From: Klebsormidium nitens
Lineage: Eukaryota; Plantae; Klebsormidiophyceae
Reading direction: 5' to 3'
Assembly: GCA_000708835.1 (NCBI GenBank)
Contig: DF237116.1
Span: 1 to 64,000, forward strand
DNA: 64,000 nt
The notes under the pieces: model-generated
What the model was told of the DNA's origin: nothing
Databases searched by the model: none
Seen by the model: the letters and a program-made list of their open reading frames with translations, nothing else
Part shown: piece after piece, positions 25,201 through 37,755 of the stretch
How the letters are laid out: each line of letters begins with the position of its first letter
Numbering within the stretch: the stretch's first letter is position 1
Position numbers and translations under genes: made by a program

Positions 25201-26458
25201 CTCTGTTTGAACAGCTCTTTTCATTGTCCGCTCTCGAATGTTGCTCGCCATCTACGATTCGTTCTTTTTCTGCTCCGGTTCTCTTGTTGCGCTGGCACCT
25301 GCGGCCCGGTAGGCCCTTTTCCAACTAGTGCGAGGGTTTGGCACCATCACAAACGCCTTATGTATCTCCCGCTTTTGATTCATACTCGCTTTCTAAAATT
25401 CCCTCTTGTCTTTCCCAGTTCTCCTGTTGCGCCGGCACCTGCGGCCCGGTAGGCCCTTCCCCGACGTGCGAGGGCGGCTACACTTTCCCCAATGCAAACG
25501 CCCCGGCCAATACGACCGGGACCCCAACTCCGGTGCCTACTTCCTCCGAGGGGGGTTCTTCCGCCCCGATTCCTACCCCCCCTCCACAGCCCACGCCCTC
25601 ACCGGGGAATCCTATCGGGGGAGCGCAACCCGTCGGAGGAGTTTGCGATCCCTACGGCCAGTACCCCAACCAGGTGAGACTATAACCAAAAACTTTGATA
25701 GTAGTGAGGATCTGATAGTAGTAACGAAGAGGAATATACTGGTCAACGGACTAAAACCCTGATTAGAACATGACTTGCTCCGCACCCGAGCCCAATGCAA
25801 CCTTCAAAGTAAGCCCACCCGTCCTCATCGGTTGCTTGTGACCATTAAACCTTGTTACATTAGAAGAATCTGCACTGGGAAATAAGTGCTGTACGCACGG
25901 TATGTACAGATTGGTATGTCCAGATTGGTCGACATGTGACAAACGCTTTCGAAATTTGCTTGTGGGTTCGTCTCTGCTTTCGAGACCAGGTTTTCTTACT
26001 AGTCGCCGCTGCTCGTTGTTTCTCTGCTGCTGACGGAAGTCGTACGATTGAGGTACTCTACTGACCGCACGCAGCAGGCAGGCACTCCAAGCAGTTCGCC
26101 CCAATCGATGTCTAGCTTTGGGGCTTCGAAAGTCTGGCTTGCAGTGTAGCTTGACTCGTTACGCTGAACGGGGTGGAAATGACTGACCAGTGACGATCAT
26201 TAGAATCAAGCCAAAATTTGCAAAGAGATACGACCAGGCAATAATGGCTGGGGGGGGGGGTTGTCCTCATATTGCATGTATGATCAAGTTACTGAGAGCT
26301 TTTCGGGGAAGATGGTCGCCCATAATCAACGGCTCAACGACCACCAACATGACAAGCCCGTCGCTTCTGGATTGCAGTGCTTCAGCTCCGATGGTTCTGC
26401 GTCCGTTTGCTGTACGGGAGCCTGCCCCTCAAGCCCCTCCAGTTCCCCCGGGTGTTAA
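19241..26458 (+). CDS. Secreted YHYH-domain protein with Cys-rich repeats and a Pro/Thr-rich linker
   Basis: Nine phase-consistent exons: 19241-19337, 20007-20133, 20768-20965, 21661-21922, 22797-22901, 23399-23477, 24023-24165, 25419-25673, 26378-26458. Signal peptide; RSNSCPNY, GPIGVAFNAVAMF, DQCGGHV...IYHYH, HSPVFGIFYDGIPIYGPRG, LDACNGHV...YYHYH...TYPYLVNCLKG. Confidence 0.88.
21344..22245 (+). repeat. Intronic copies of both ends of YHYH exon 4
   Basis: 5'-end copy at ~21344-21470 (retains cag acceptor, has TAA); near-identical 3'-half copy with gtaagg donor at ~21979-22098; more decayed copy at ~22200-22245. Confidence 0.85.
21477..21633 (-). mobile_element. Degenerate copy of the G-rich-core fold-back element
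   Basis: actaac...cctaacc...gctccgcaccc...ccaccct...tacccgtcccag matches the reverse complement of the 34135 core; residual arms tcaatatca/tgatattga. Confidence 0.6.
25111..25357 (+). repeat. Two intronic copies of the 5' end of YHYH exon 8
   Basis: 25111-25195 and 25278-25357 match ttctcctgttgcgccggcacctgcggcccggtaggccc...; both have lost the acceptor AG (ccgg in place of ccag). Confidence 0.9.
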
Positions 26459-28842
26459 AAAAGCGTGCGCGCGCGCGCGGCTGGTAAGGACCGGGCGGCT
26501 GCAAAGGAGGCGCGCGCGCAGAGGACTCGGCGGCCGAACAAGAGCGCGCGCGCGCGACTGATCAGGAGCGAACGGCCGGCAGAAACGGTCGTTTTCATTG
26601 GTTGATCGGTCTGGTACAGTGGTAGTCATGCTCGAGTCGACCTTGTGGTCATGGTAGACGTCTATGACCATGATTGGAAGTTAGCGAAAAGAATGCATAT
26701 TGCTCAAGCACCCTTCCTTTAGAGCGTCAGATGATGTTGATGCTAGCAGCCGCTGAGCAGTCACGTTAGCGAACACCAGTAGTCTTGAAGTCAAGGTTCG
26801 GAGGAGGTAATGGAGCGTCACGTCTTGTGAAGATTTTCTTTCTTCTCGAGGTTACCAGGTTCCGTTGCTTGCTGATCGAGGTAAATGCACTTCCAGAGCA
26901 TGAGGGTTCGAGTATGAAGAAGCTCCTAAGAAGTCGGTAACAACAGGGTACGAATGTTGACCCAGTGTACATCTAGAATAGTGACAAGTACCATAGATTG
27001 AATAGGAGCAAATCTTGAAAGATTGCTCAGTGTGTGTGGAGGACCATCTTGAGTGCATGAGTTGTTGTAGTCGCACCAGTCGTTTCAATGATTGCATGGC
27101 TTCTGAAGTCCAACGCCTTTCAAGATTTGTTTGCAAATGATGACTGCATTGATACAAGCCCGGCTTGGACAGTCGAGTCATGGCAGGCCGGCTGAAAACC
27201 GAGCTTCAATTGCGTTGGGAGGCCGATGATTGTATATTTAGTTATCAACGAGGTACTAAAAGTGAAGCGAAGTACAAAGCTCCTTGATGGAGACTCAAGA
27301 CACGGTTCATTTGGCGCGCGTCCGGTCACTGTTATGCATGTCAAGCCCGCGCGGCCCAGCCGGAATCGTACCTGGCCACGTACTCGCCGCCGCCTACTAG
27401 TCTGCATGGCACACAATCTCTCCGGTATCCTCACGCTAGCTGCGTTTGGTCACGTATATACAAACAAGCTGCTTAGTAGACGGTGAGTCTGGCCCGAGTT
27501 AGTCAGGCATCATTGTACGAACTTAGAATCCAATGGCACCTTACGCCGCGCGGCGCTTTGGAATTCATAGAATTCACGATTTACGATTCACTCGATTACA
27601 TCTGCCATTTGTCACACCGAAATTCATGTGCAAGATAGAGCCTGGCACGTGCACGGTGACCATCATTTGGGCGGACGGTCGGGCTTATCATGCATGTGGG
27701 TAGACGAATCATATCTATTATATATTGCATGTGGAATGCATACTAAAGGAGACTGCGATGAGCACGATCCGCGGTCATGCATGCAGATCGATGGTAACTT
27801 CCAATTAATTGAACGCGGTCCCTTAGCCGCCATGGCCGTGGAGCACTGACGGTCTCCGGCGCGGCCGGGAATTTGTTTTTTGACTCCGCAACTTGCTACG
27901 TACGGCTATACGAGTCATGTACAACATGCAGACTCATCGATCACTAACATATACAGGCTCCGGCCGGCGATCGTAGTACAATAGTTTCTGTCGGATCTAG
28001 TGGCCGGTGAGCTAGTTGCAGCGCGCGCCACCATCATGCTAGCTATATCTAGCCTGCACATGCCTATATTTCGCAATCGTCAGTTGCACTATTCGTTTTA
28101 TATTATCTTAATTAAGCACCATCGGCCATGGCCGGCGCCGCCCGGCGTCAAGTCAGCGGACGGTCACTGACGCGCCGATCATTGCCGGCGTACGTTCCTG
28201 CGCATTCTACTGTAAACCAGGTTGCCAACTTAAGCCGCCGTCGCTAGAGTCGGACGGTCCGAGCCAGCCGTCACATGTGACGGTGTCATGCATATATGAG
28301 CTGCCCCCGCGTGATGCATCGAGTCCGCAGTGAGTCTGGGCTCACTCAGTGTCAGCTTTATTGGCGAAGTTGAGAGCGAACAAAAAATCGCCACCAACAC
28401 GGCGCGCAGTCATGGCTAATTGATAAGTTGTGGCCAATTACGTTGTGTCATTACTAGCACACGGACCCACTGGACTAGAAAGCCCCCGGGCCATGTGCCA
28501 ATGAGCATGTTGCATGCACCAGACTGTACGTACTTCAATGCGTGCCCATAGTCGCGAACAAATTAGCCTGACGATACCCCTTGTCCAAGTTCCATTCTGA
28601 GTATACGTTCTGGTTCCCGATCGATTCATTCAAGCAAGAAGAGTTTGTCCAAACAATTCAGGGACAGATTCAGGTAGGATTGTCGGCTTGAGAATATAAA
28701 GATCAGGTTGGTTCAAGCAGATTCGGTGGTGGTCTCTCGAATTGCCACGTCAATTACCTGCAAACCATCTCTTGATTACCAAAAGCTGCTCTGTTCAATA
28801 TGAGTACAATACCTTCTCTGAATATTCTAGAGTACTTTCAAA

Positions 28843-31800
28843 CTATGCCATCAGTCCTTCAACAATGAAGCCACAATACAGGTCCCTGCAAGGAAGCACC
28901 CAGATTGTCAGGAATTAACACTTTTGTAACTACTGAAGATCGACATAATCCAGAAAACCAAAGCTCTTTCTTTACTGGTATCAACTAAATGGGACTCTTC
29001 CAAAAGAGCACGACCTGGCACGTCAAATCAAGAAATGAAGAAACCCTCGCGTTGCCAGACGAATCCACAAGCAGAGGACGGGGAAGAGGGGAGCAAACCA
29101 CGCTAGATAAGAGATAGAAATCATGCAAAACCCAAAGCGCTCTTGCAGTCGTCGAGTCACGAAGTAAGCTCGCAACTAGGATGGCGCCTCTCTCGAGACA
29201 TGAATCTGGCCGAGGTTAGCAGTTGGCTGGATACTCAACGAAGTCCACTTCAATGAGAAACGGCTATGGAAAGACAACACCCCGTGAATAGACTAAAAAG
29301 GACTGATAAGAAGAGCCAGTTGACTATCCCTATTCACCGTTATTGCGGTATTAGCTGAGCATCGTTCTCAACACCTCGTAAAAATTGTCAACCAGGCTGC
29401 CTCTAAACTGGCATCAACATTTTGCAGAAAACATTTGCATAGAAAATGACGTCACTGCAGATCTGGACGATCAGGATTTTGGACGGCACTTTCACGAACA
29501 TTCAAGCACCATGCACTTGGGAACGATGCACGTCTTACGCCCCCTCGAAACAGGGGCAACACTTACGATGAATAGTTTCTGACGGAAATGGCAATTGACG
29601 CCAAGGCCACATTCAGAAAGGCATGAGACAGTAGAAGAGATGTAGTGACAAGAAATCGCAGTGGCTGTCAACACCGAGGCCACATCCAGTAAGACATGGA
29701 GCAGTAGAAGAAAATAAGTAACCAAAGATCGCGGACGTGTGGTCCTTACATGGAGTGCTTGACGGCCTTGACCGCCTCCTCGGCGCCCAGGAAATCGTTC
29801 ACAGCAACCTGCTTGTTCTCGTTCTTCTTGTAGTCCTCAAAGAAGCGCTGGATCTCCTTGAGCCTGTTCGGGGAGGGAGCCAGCTCTTGGTCAGCATCAA
29901 GATGAGATGAGGAGCAGAACTCTCATGAAGTACGCCTGGGCGTCTTTGATTGAACCCGCCTCGAATATCGTACAAGAACAGCAGATATGCTTTCGATGTT
30001 GCTCTACCTCCTCGATCCTAAATCAAAGTACCCAAACCAAAGTTAGCGGTCACCCAGAATCTTAGAACGCAGAACTGCAAGCATTTCATATCTCGATCCT
30101 GGCGTGTTGCTCTCTCTTTACACAGACAGGAAAAGGGCCTTGATAAAAAAGTTGTTCCGACCTGTGGGGGGGCAGTTGCTTGATGTCGGTGTAGTGGCGG
30201 AACTCCGGGTCGTCCGCGCAGACCGCAATCACCTTGTCGTCCTTCTCGCCCTGCACCGAAGGGACGGATGCCATCAGCGGCTCAGTCATGACGTCAGCAT
30301 CCCGGGCACTACTGGGAGCAGAAAAGGCAGAAGAACCACATACTTGTACAGGTCGAAAGTTGGTTGAGGGAAGCTGCCAACTGGTGGTCTCGAGAGAGGC
30401 GACCTATTTTCCTGCGCTCTTAAAGTTGACTGATCTGAAGGAGAGAGCGTTCACCGAGGGGGTACTTTGCAATACGGCTGCACACCTGGTCCGTCAACGT
30501 CATGAAACCAGTCTCACTAAACCTGCGACTGATGGAGTGATCAATGCTTTATGGTCCAAGATTTGCGGAATGGCTGCTTTCTTGGTCAATCATGGGCATG
30601 AGACCAATCTCAATAGCTCGCTGAACATTTTATGGTCAAAGTACGAGAGATGGCTGCTTACCTGGTCAATCATGGGCATGAGACCGATCGCACGGGCCCG
30701 CAGGAAAGCGCCTGGTAGGACGGGCTCTTGCATCAGCACGAGGACGTCGATGGGGTCTGCACAAAGGAGACAATGGAATAATTCTTCATTCCTGTCCCCC
30801 CTATGTTTTTGCAGCCCTTCATTGCAGGATGTCAGTCTGCCTGGGCAAATTCCTCTTGACTGCCGCGACGGATCAGATCCACTTGTTATGCTATCTCCTG
30901 CGTTGCACTGTTGTGAAGGTCACACGTGTTTCAACGGATACCAGGGGTAGAGGGGCAAAGACTTAATGCAGTTCTGCCAGGTAGTGATGAAGAAAGGCAG
31001 TACACAATGCACGATAAAGACAATCTTGAAGTAGAAGGGGATCCTATCCCTCAACTTGCTGAATGGAAACAGGATGGAACTGGCTGCATGTGTCTGAGGA
31101 CGGGACTTCTGGACATTAAGTAAAGAGCACAGGCTCTGATCAGGGGTCAAATCCATCTACCGGTTGCAAGCGAAATGCATGATCATGGAGGGTTCAGGCA
31201 AAGAGGGGGTCTTACCATTGTCCTCGCAGAGTGTCCTGGGAACAAAGCCGTAGTTGTGGGGGTAGACTACAGAGGAGTAGAGCACGCGGTCAACCTGCAA
31301 CAGAATCAGCGGCGGTGTCAGAGACTAGCTGCTTAAATTGTGACGTTTAGGGTTTTGAGGTTGGGGTTTGACTCCCTGCTAGCATGCTCTGCACAGATTG
31401 ACAAATAATTGTTGGCAAATCACCTCAATCAGACCCATCGAAAAGAGACCTAGTTCATCTGCGATTGAGGACATGATTGGACCGAGTACTCAGACTGACA
31501 ACAGTTCAGGCTCAATGGGAAAGACCCCTATAAAGTGAAGGTATGTCACGCTTGATGCCGAATCAATTCAACTGAGAGATTGCTGGGTGCTCGACAAGAG
31601 AAAGGCTGGTGCCTTTGCCTTTGGTAGTGAGCAATTTTGTCAATCAAGTTGCATAGTTCCACTCCATTGTTTATCTATGTGTTGAAAAGCAGACTGACAT
31701 ACCTTGATGAGCCCGCTCTTCTTGTCAAGCTCGTACTTCACCTTGCTGCCCTTTGAGATCTCAATAACGCAGTTGAAGACCTGGGGAGCGCCGGGACCTG

Positions 31801-33434
31801 CAGCATACGCGTGACTCAAATTCTCAGCGATTAAAATAATTGATCCTTGTTCACAAAGTAAACTGATGATTATCGTGAATCAAGGAAAGTTCCAACATCT
31901 TGGCAGCCAGATCCTGTGACCCTCAGTCTGATTAAGACAGCGATTGCCTCAGTCAGTGAACAATTTGAGTCCGCTGTCAATAAATGCAACCCTCTGGTCA
32001 TGAGCAAATCCTGAAGATTTTCTGCTGTGCAGATATTGCATGATTGATAGCAGCAAAGTTCTCAATTGCCACGCGGGAGCCAAATTTGAACGTGATCAAC
32101 CATCTGCTCAATGATAGCACCATGCCAGGAGCTATCCCAACCCTGGCTCTTATCAAGCATAAAAGCATACTTGCCAATCATATTATTGAATCTCCCACTG
32201 CGCAGCGAAGGGCGCAATCGCTTCTGGCGATACTCGATATGATTCTGACAAATCTGAAACCCTAAAATCTGCCTACTGGCGGAAGCCCTTTCGAACATTA
32301 GCACTCCCGTGCAGAATTACTTTCAACAAGGAGCAGTTGAGGGTCGAGGGTTGGGAAGCATCTATAGAATGGTAGGATTCAAATGCATTTTAAATGGAGT
32401 TTTGAGATACTAGCTGAAAGGAATCTTGAGGAATTCAGCTAAAATTTCCGTACCAACATCGATATCGTGCCAGGGATGTGCAACCACATTTCTGCTGAAC
32501 TGGCCACGCCCCCCTCGGCCCTTCTGCACGGATAGCGGTCCAAGAGGTTGGTCAGAGTACGCACCATTTCACTCAAGGAAAGGGCTGGACTTTGTTTTGA
32601 CACTGAACGTGTGGCCAGCACCCCTCTTGAGCGAAAGGCAGTCGCAATACTCTGAACCAGCCTCTTGGACTGCCTGTCCCTCAAGAGGGCTGCTTCTAAG
32701 TGCTCTCTTGGCTTTGCTTGCTGTTTAAAAAGCAAGGCCAAGAGACCACTCAGAAGCCAGATTCAATCAGAGTATTCTAGGGGGTTTGTTTATTAATCGC
32801 TAATCTCTGCTTGCATCTTACCAAGTTCCAAATCGTGCCATGGATGAGCAGCAACAGATCTGCTTATGAGAGCGGAGAGTGTCCGCTTGGGAGGCTGAGC
32901 AACCTGCGCAGTTGTCAAGCAATGCATCCCTCTTGAGCAGATTGACAAAAAGGGAAGGCCGCTGATCTCAACACAAACGTGTAAATCAAGCCACTTTTAT
33001 TCTTTCTTAGCATTATTGACAAGGGATGAAGCTGCTGATCTATCCGGAATCGTCAAAATCCAAGCAGATGAGGTATGATCTTTGCCAATCCTATGTGCTG
33101 ACTCCAATCAATGCAAGCAAGGGTGCCGCACAGCACACAAGAGGGTTTGCATTCCCTCTAACTCATCTACAAAAGTCACTCTTGATTGAGCGAGAACATA
33201 ATACAGGAAATGCAAGCTTCTATATGTATAAAGTTATAATGAGGTTGCTCGTTCTTTGAGACACCTTGAAGATCCATTCAATCCACTGCCACCTTGCCAA
33301 GGAAGGTTAGATAGCTTCCTTACTGGTGCACTCATTGTGGGAGCGGGAGCCGCCTTCGGTTCCTGCTTCTTCACTTCTGCTTTTGTCTCGGGGACCTCGC
33401 TCTCGGCCTTCTTCGTCTCAGCCTTCTCACTCAT
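28843..33434 (-). CDS. PPA: Soluble inorganic pyrophosphatase (family I, plant cytosolic type)
   Basis: Eight phase-consistent exons: 33434-33324, 32903-32822, 31797-31703, 31294-31216, 30756-30662, 30250-30162, 29863-29750, 28885-28843. Motifs [74 protein letters not shown]. Confidence 0.96.
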
Positions 33435-34134
33435 TTGCGGAGGGACGAGCTGCTGTGAGGTGCGTAGCTGCGAGTAAGCGAAGCAGAGACAGGAGGAGCA
33501 GCTGAGAACGCGAGGAGGGCGGAATGAAAATGGACGCCAACGATCTACGAAACTTTTGCTGAACGGGCACCTTCTCCGCCTCACATTGCTCGTGCAGCGG
33601 CCGCTTCCAAAACGGAGTCCATGCAGCCACACCGTACTTCAGATTGACACTATCGTTTGCCCGAACGCACCACTGAGCAAGTTGTGCTATTCTGTTATGA
33701 ATCCAGTGTCAAGACAAAGAGGGTGTACAAACTGCAAAGAAGGATGATTCCCCAGGACCGCCAGCAATTTTGGAGGCGCTTCGAGCCCCACGATGATCAA
33801 AAGCTACGGTTCTCAACACTTGACGCGCGCGCATCGACCCAAGATTCACCAGCAATTAATGAAGTCAGCGGCCCATGTACCTATGCCGTACAAGTGGCAG
33901 ACACAATGCACATTGCAGAGCATCGACGGCTGAGGTGGTAAAAGAATTACAACCGCCAACTAGGTGCGACAGGGGATCCGATCCGACTTTCGCCGTCATA
34001 ATTTAAGATTCATCGCGACCGTCAAAACGTTTGGACGGCCAGATAACTTCCAACGATTGCGAATTGCATCTCCTGGTATAGATTGGGTGAGAGTTGTCAA
34101 AGTTGCTCACGTGGCGGCCTGGAAACTTCAAGAA

Positions 34135-34311
34135 TCTTCAATTTAGCAATAGCAAGCTTTAGCAATAGTAAGCTCACCAGCCTGGGACGGGTAGGGTTAG
34201 TTTGGGGGTTAGGGTGGGTTCGGGTGCGGAGCGGGTGTTTTTGTAGGTTAGGTTTTTAGTGTTAGTGCCGGAGCTTACTATTGCTAGGGCTTACTATTGC
34301 TAAGTTGAAGA
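34135..34311 (+). mobile_element. Fold-back element: 41-bp inverted arms around a G-rich telomere-like core
   Basis: Arms 34135-34175 and 34271-34311 match at 37/41; each holds two tandem ~16-bp units (tttagcaatagtaagc). Core gggacgggtagggttagtttgggggttagggtgggttcgggtgcggagcgggt at 34184-34236. Confidence 0.8.
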
Positions 34312-34696
34312 GACATGAAAACTTCGGGTTGTGGCAGGTTGACTCAAAAGTGGAGCTGCAGTTTCCTTCGCCAGTGTTCCGGCCAGCTTCAATGGTGCAG
34401 CTGGGTGCAGCTGCTCAACAAGGACAACGAGCATTTGTTTAGCTCTTCCCTACATCCAGGCGCATGAAAAGAAGTTTGAAGCCACAGAACAGAAGGAACC
34501 TTTGCTTTGAGTCATTTCTGGAGCACGACAACACAGAGCGGTTGTCCTCAAGTTTGCCTCGCAGCGGTCATCATCTTTTGGCTGAGACAAAGGATTGGGC
34601 TGGATCGGTCCAAAACACAGCATTAGGGTTTCTTGTTGAAGAAGCTCTTGTGCCCCCGCTTATGGGGCGATAAGGTGCAAGATCTGGGGGTAGCTT

Positions 34697-37600
34697 ATGG
34701 CAGCGGCTGCAGCGAGGGCCGGTGTCGACGTGGTCAAAACCGCAGCTCGGCAGGCCATAAGACAGCGGAAGCAGGTGCTTGAGTTGACAGAGTCCGCAGC
34801 TGATAGGGTGCGGCAGCTGTTGCAAAAGAGGGGGAAGGAGTATTTGAAAGTTGGGGTGAGGACGAGGGGGTGTAACGGCCTTAGTTACACGCTTAATTAT
34901 GCGGGTGAGTGGGAAGCAACTTTGCTGCCAGAACTTTTCCGGTCCTCAGGCATGGTGTAAAAAATTGCCTACGCATGTGTTTGGTGTTGGGAGATTTTCC
35001 TCCTCGTATAGAATATTGTTTTGCAGGATCACCACCGTCAAAAGTCTCTCGTAAGTTGCCCACACCTCTTCCAGAATCTGTGACAGGATGTTGTCTGGAT
35101 GCGGATTGGCTTCTTGGTGGAAGACCCGATGGTCGGATCGCTCTATGTTGATGCATGTGAATCAATGCTGTCACCCTTGCTGCTGATTACCAGATCTAAA
35201 GCAGTTGTTTGGCTGGTTTACTTTCTTATGTGTCGAGGCCCTCGCAAATTCATCATAAAGGACAGGCCAATTGAAAGAAGATGACGTCCATTTCCTGTGC
35301 GTTGCTCTCTGCCCTTGCTTATCAATTTCAGCATAGCATTGCTGGTTTGTATGCTTCTCTGAGCTTCTTTGTTTACCCACTCTTGGAAGTGTTCGTTTGA
35401 TCTGACACTGTTGGGTAGTGGTGAATTGGTTTCATCTTTGCTGTGCTCGTGGCAAGTTCGTTGAGTGGCGATGATGCTCGAGCAATTGGAATTGTTAAGC
35501 TATTCAGTTAGACCATCGGCCACCACTCCGCGGTTCATTGCCAACGCTTTCATCGTGCCACCACTCTGCGGTTCATCACCGACTGAAGCGGTGGCAGTCA
35601 CCATTGATGACCCCACCTTTTTCCACTCTTCCGAGTCACAAACGTTGAACCGAAGAAGGCCAGATTCATTGGCCAAGTGAAATAGGCGCGGATGGCGATC
35701 TTAGACTACAGATGCCAACTTTGTCAGAGACCTTGAGTCTGGGGATTCAATTGTCATACAATAATAGTTCGCATCCGAGTAGCTTGCTTTGATCGCCTTC
35801 AGGGCATATGTTCTCATTTCCTGAAGGCTAGGTTTCTCAATGGCTGCCGCCTTGGCATTTTCGTTTTGTAATTGTGAATCAGCGATTGTGAACACGTTCT
35901 GCTGGTGACATCTACACACTTGCAGTGCTTAACCTTTGTCATGAGGAACGGTACTGTAGAGTATCTGGCCAGGGAGGCGATGTCAATTTCCGTTGCAAAG
36001 CGCATTTAATAGCGACCTTTTGAGACCTGTCATAGCAAGTAGTGGCACGGACAACATTAAGTGCTAGTCAGCTCCGGCTACGTTCCGCGAGAGTGGCGCA
36101 AAACCTCTTAAAGGTCGCAAGTCTCACTGCTCGAGAAGTCGCGCTGTTCACGTTGTTGATGGGCAGAGGGTCCACCACGTGTATTGAGTGTTTAGCCTCT
36201 TCCAGACTTCTTTGACGCCCCTTTGGATACCCACAAACGACACTGGCCACTTTTTGGTTACTGGTGTCGAGCCTCTTTCTCCTCTGTTTGAAGTTTTGGA
36301 GTCCTTTTGCTTTTCAATCCACCTCTGCAGAGAGTCTTGGCCCTTTGAGTACGCTCGGCCCCCTCAGAAGCTAGGGTCGAAGACGCACGGTTTACGTTGT
36401 GTTCCTCCGGAATGTTTATTTGCAGGCCACACGAGAAGGGCTCTTTGTGACAATTCAGCCACTGATTTTTCGACTTAGCTACTTGCTTCGATTCTCCTGA
36501 CCGGCTTCCGTCATTTCGACAAGTTCGAAACATCTCAAGGAATATTCTAGATTCAAACATTTGTTTGCCCTGGACAACTTTTGCATATGACGCTCTTTTC
36601 TCTTGTCCTTTCTGCAGACGAGGCGAAAAAGTTCGACGAGGTCGTCGAAGATAAGGGGGTGAAGGTTATCGTCGACCCGCGAGCGCTTATGACGATCATC
36701 GGGACGAAGATGGACTTTGTGGAAGACCGGTTAAAGTAAGCAGCTCTTCCCTGTTTCCTTTTTTTTCCCCCCCCTCTACTTTCGCTTTCTTGGGTATATT
36801 CTTGGTTTCTCGTTCGACTTACTCCTGCAATGCGCTGGTGACTGCATCAACAGAAAGAATGGGAGTCTGAAGAGACCAAGTATTTTCCTGTCACTGTGCT
36901 TCGTCGTGCAAGTTTGAGGTTTTGTTCCTTACACGGAACTTGAACGACGATGAACCTGGCAAAATCTTGGACGGGAGCAGCGCTCTATGGCCTTTCTCAA
37001 CCCGTCCTTCTTCAGGTCTTTTTGTTCCATCGTTAGTTTCAGCTTCTCGGCTTTCTTTGGCGTTCTTGCATTCCTTCCTCTTCCTACTTTCTCATCTTCA
37101 AAAACGTGTTCCACTTTCTTCCTTGCTTTTCTTCTCTGGACACGCTTTCCGATCAGAGTGGCGGGTTCGAGCCGGGGCAAATACCAGGTTTCTTGATTCT
37201 CAAAAGGGGGGTTTCCGAGTAGTCTGCTCAAGAAAATGTTTCGTTGGTCCGGTCACGACTGACGTTGTTTGGGCGACTTGCAACCCACATAATCACCAAG
37301 TCTGTCGCCCAGAATGCTTATTCACTCGGTCACTTTGAGGTTGTTAGGGCTACGTAATTTAAGTGACCGAGAATAGGAAGTGCTAGGTTGAGTGTGACCA
37401 ACGTGGTCAGAAGCTCTCGCAGGTCAAGGCAAAACGTTCTGTATGTGGCCAAGACACACCTTTGTCAGATCGGAGAAGATTACCTTTGCGTAACTTTTGG
37501 TCGATCAGTCCTTGCCCTGTACACATGATCCTTACCCTCGTTTAAACAGCTCAAAAGTAGTAGTGACACTTTTCTGCAGACAGTCAAGGATTTGATATGT

Positions 37601-37755
37601 GTTGGTAATTGTCAATAGACCCTATTTCGACATTTCTTACACACGAGTGCGCGTCAATGACTGCAAATCTCTGTTGTTCGTGCAGATCCGAATTTGTCTT
37701 TATCAATCCCAACTCGAAAGGCCAGTGCGGTTGCGGGGAGTCGTTCAACGTTTAG
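34697..37755 (+). CDS. ISCA1: A-type iron-sulfur cluster assembly protein (IscA/HesB family, mitochondrial type)
   Basis: Exons 34697-34904, 36618-36735, 37686-37755. LTESAA...[33 protein letters not shown]...[34 protein letters not shown]. Confidence 0.96.

Noticed and set aside
26465-26560. (GC)n runs just after the YHYH stop
   Set aside because: Short simple repeats; possible Z-DNA but no further evidence.
30234-30950. 238-aa plus-strand ORF
   Set aside because: Antisense to PPA exons and echoes; no independent homology.
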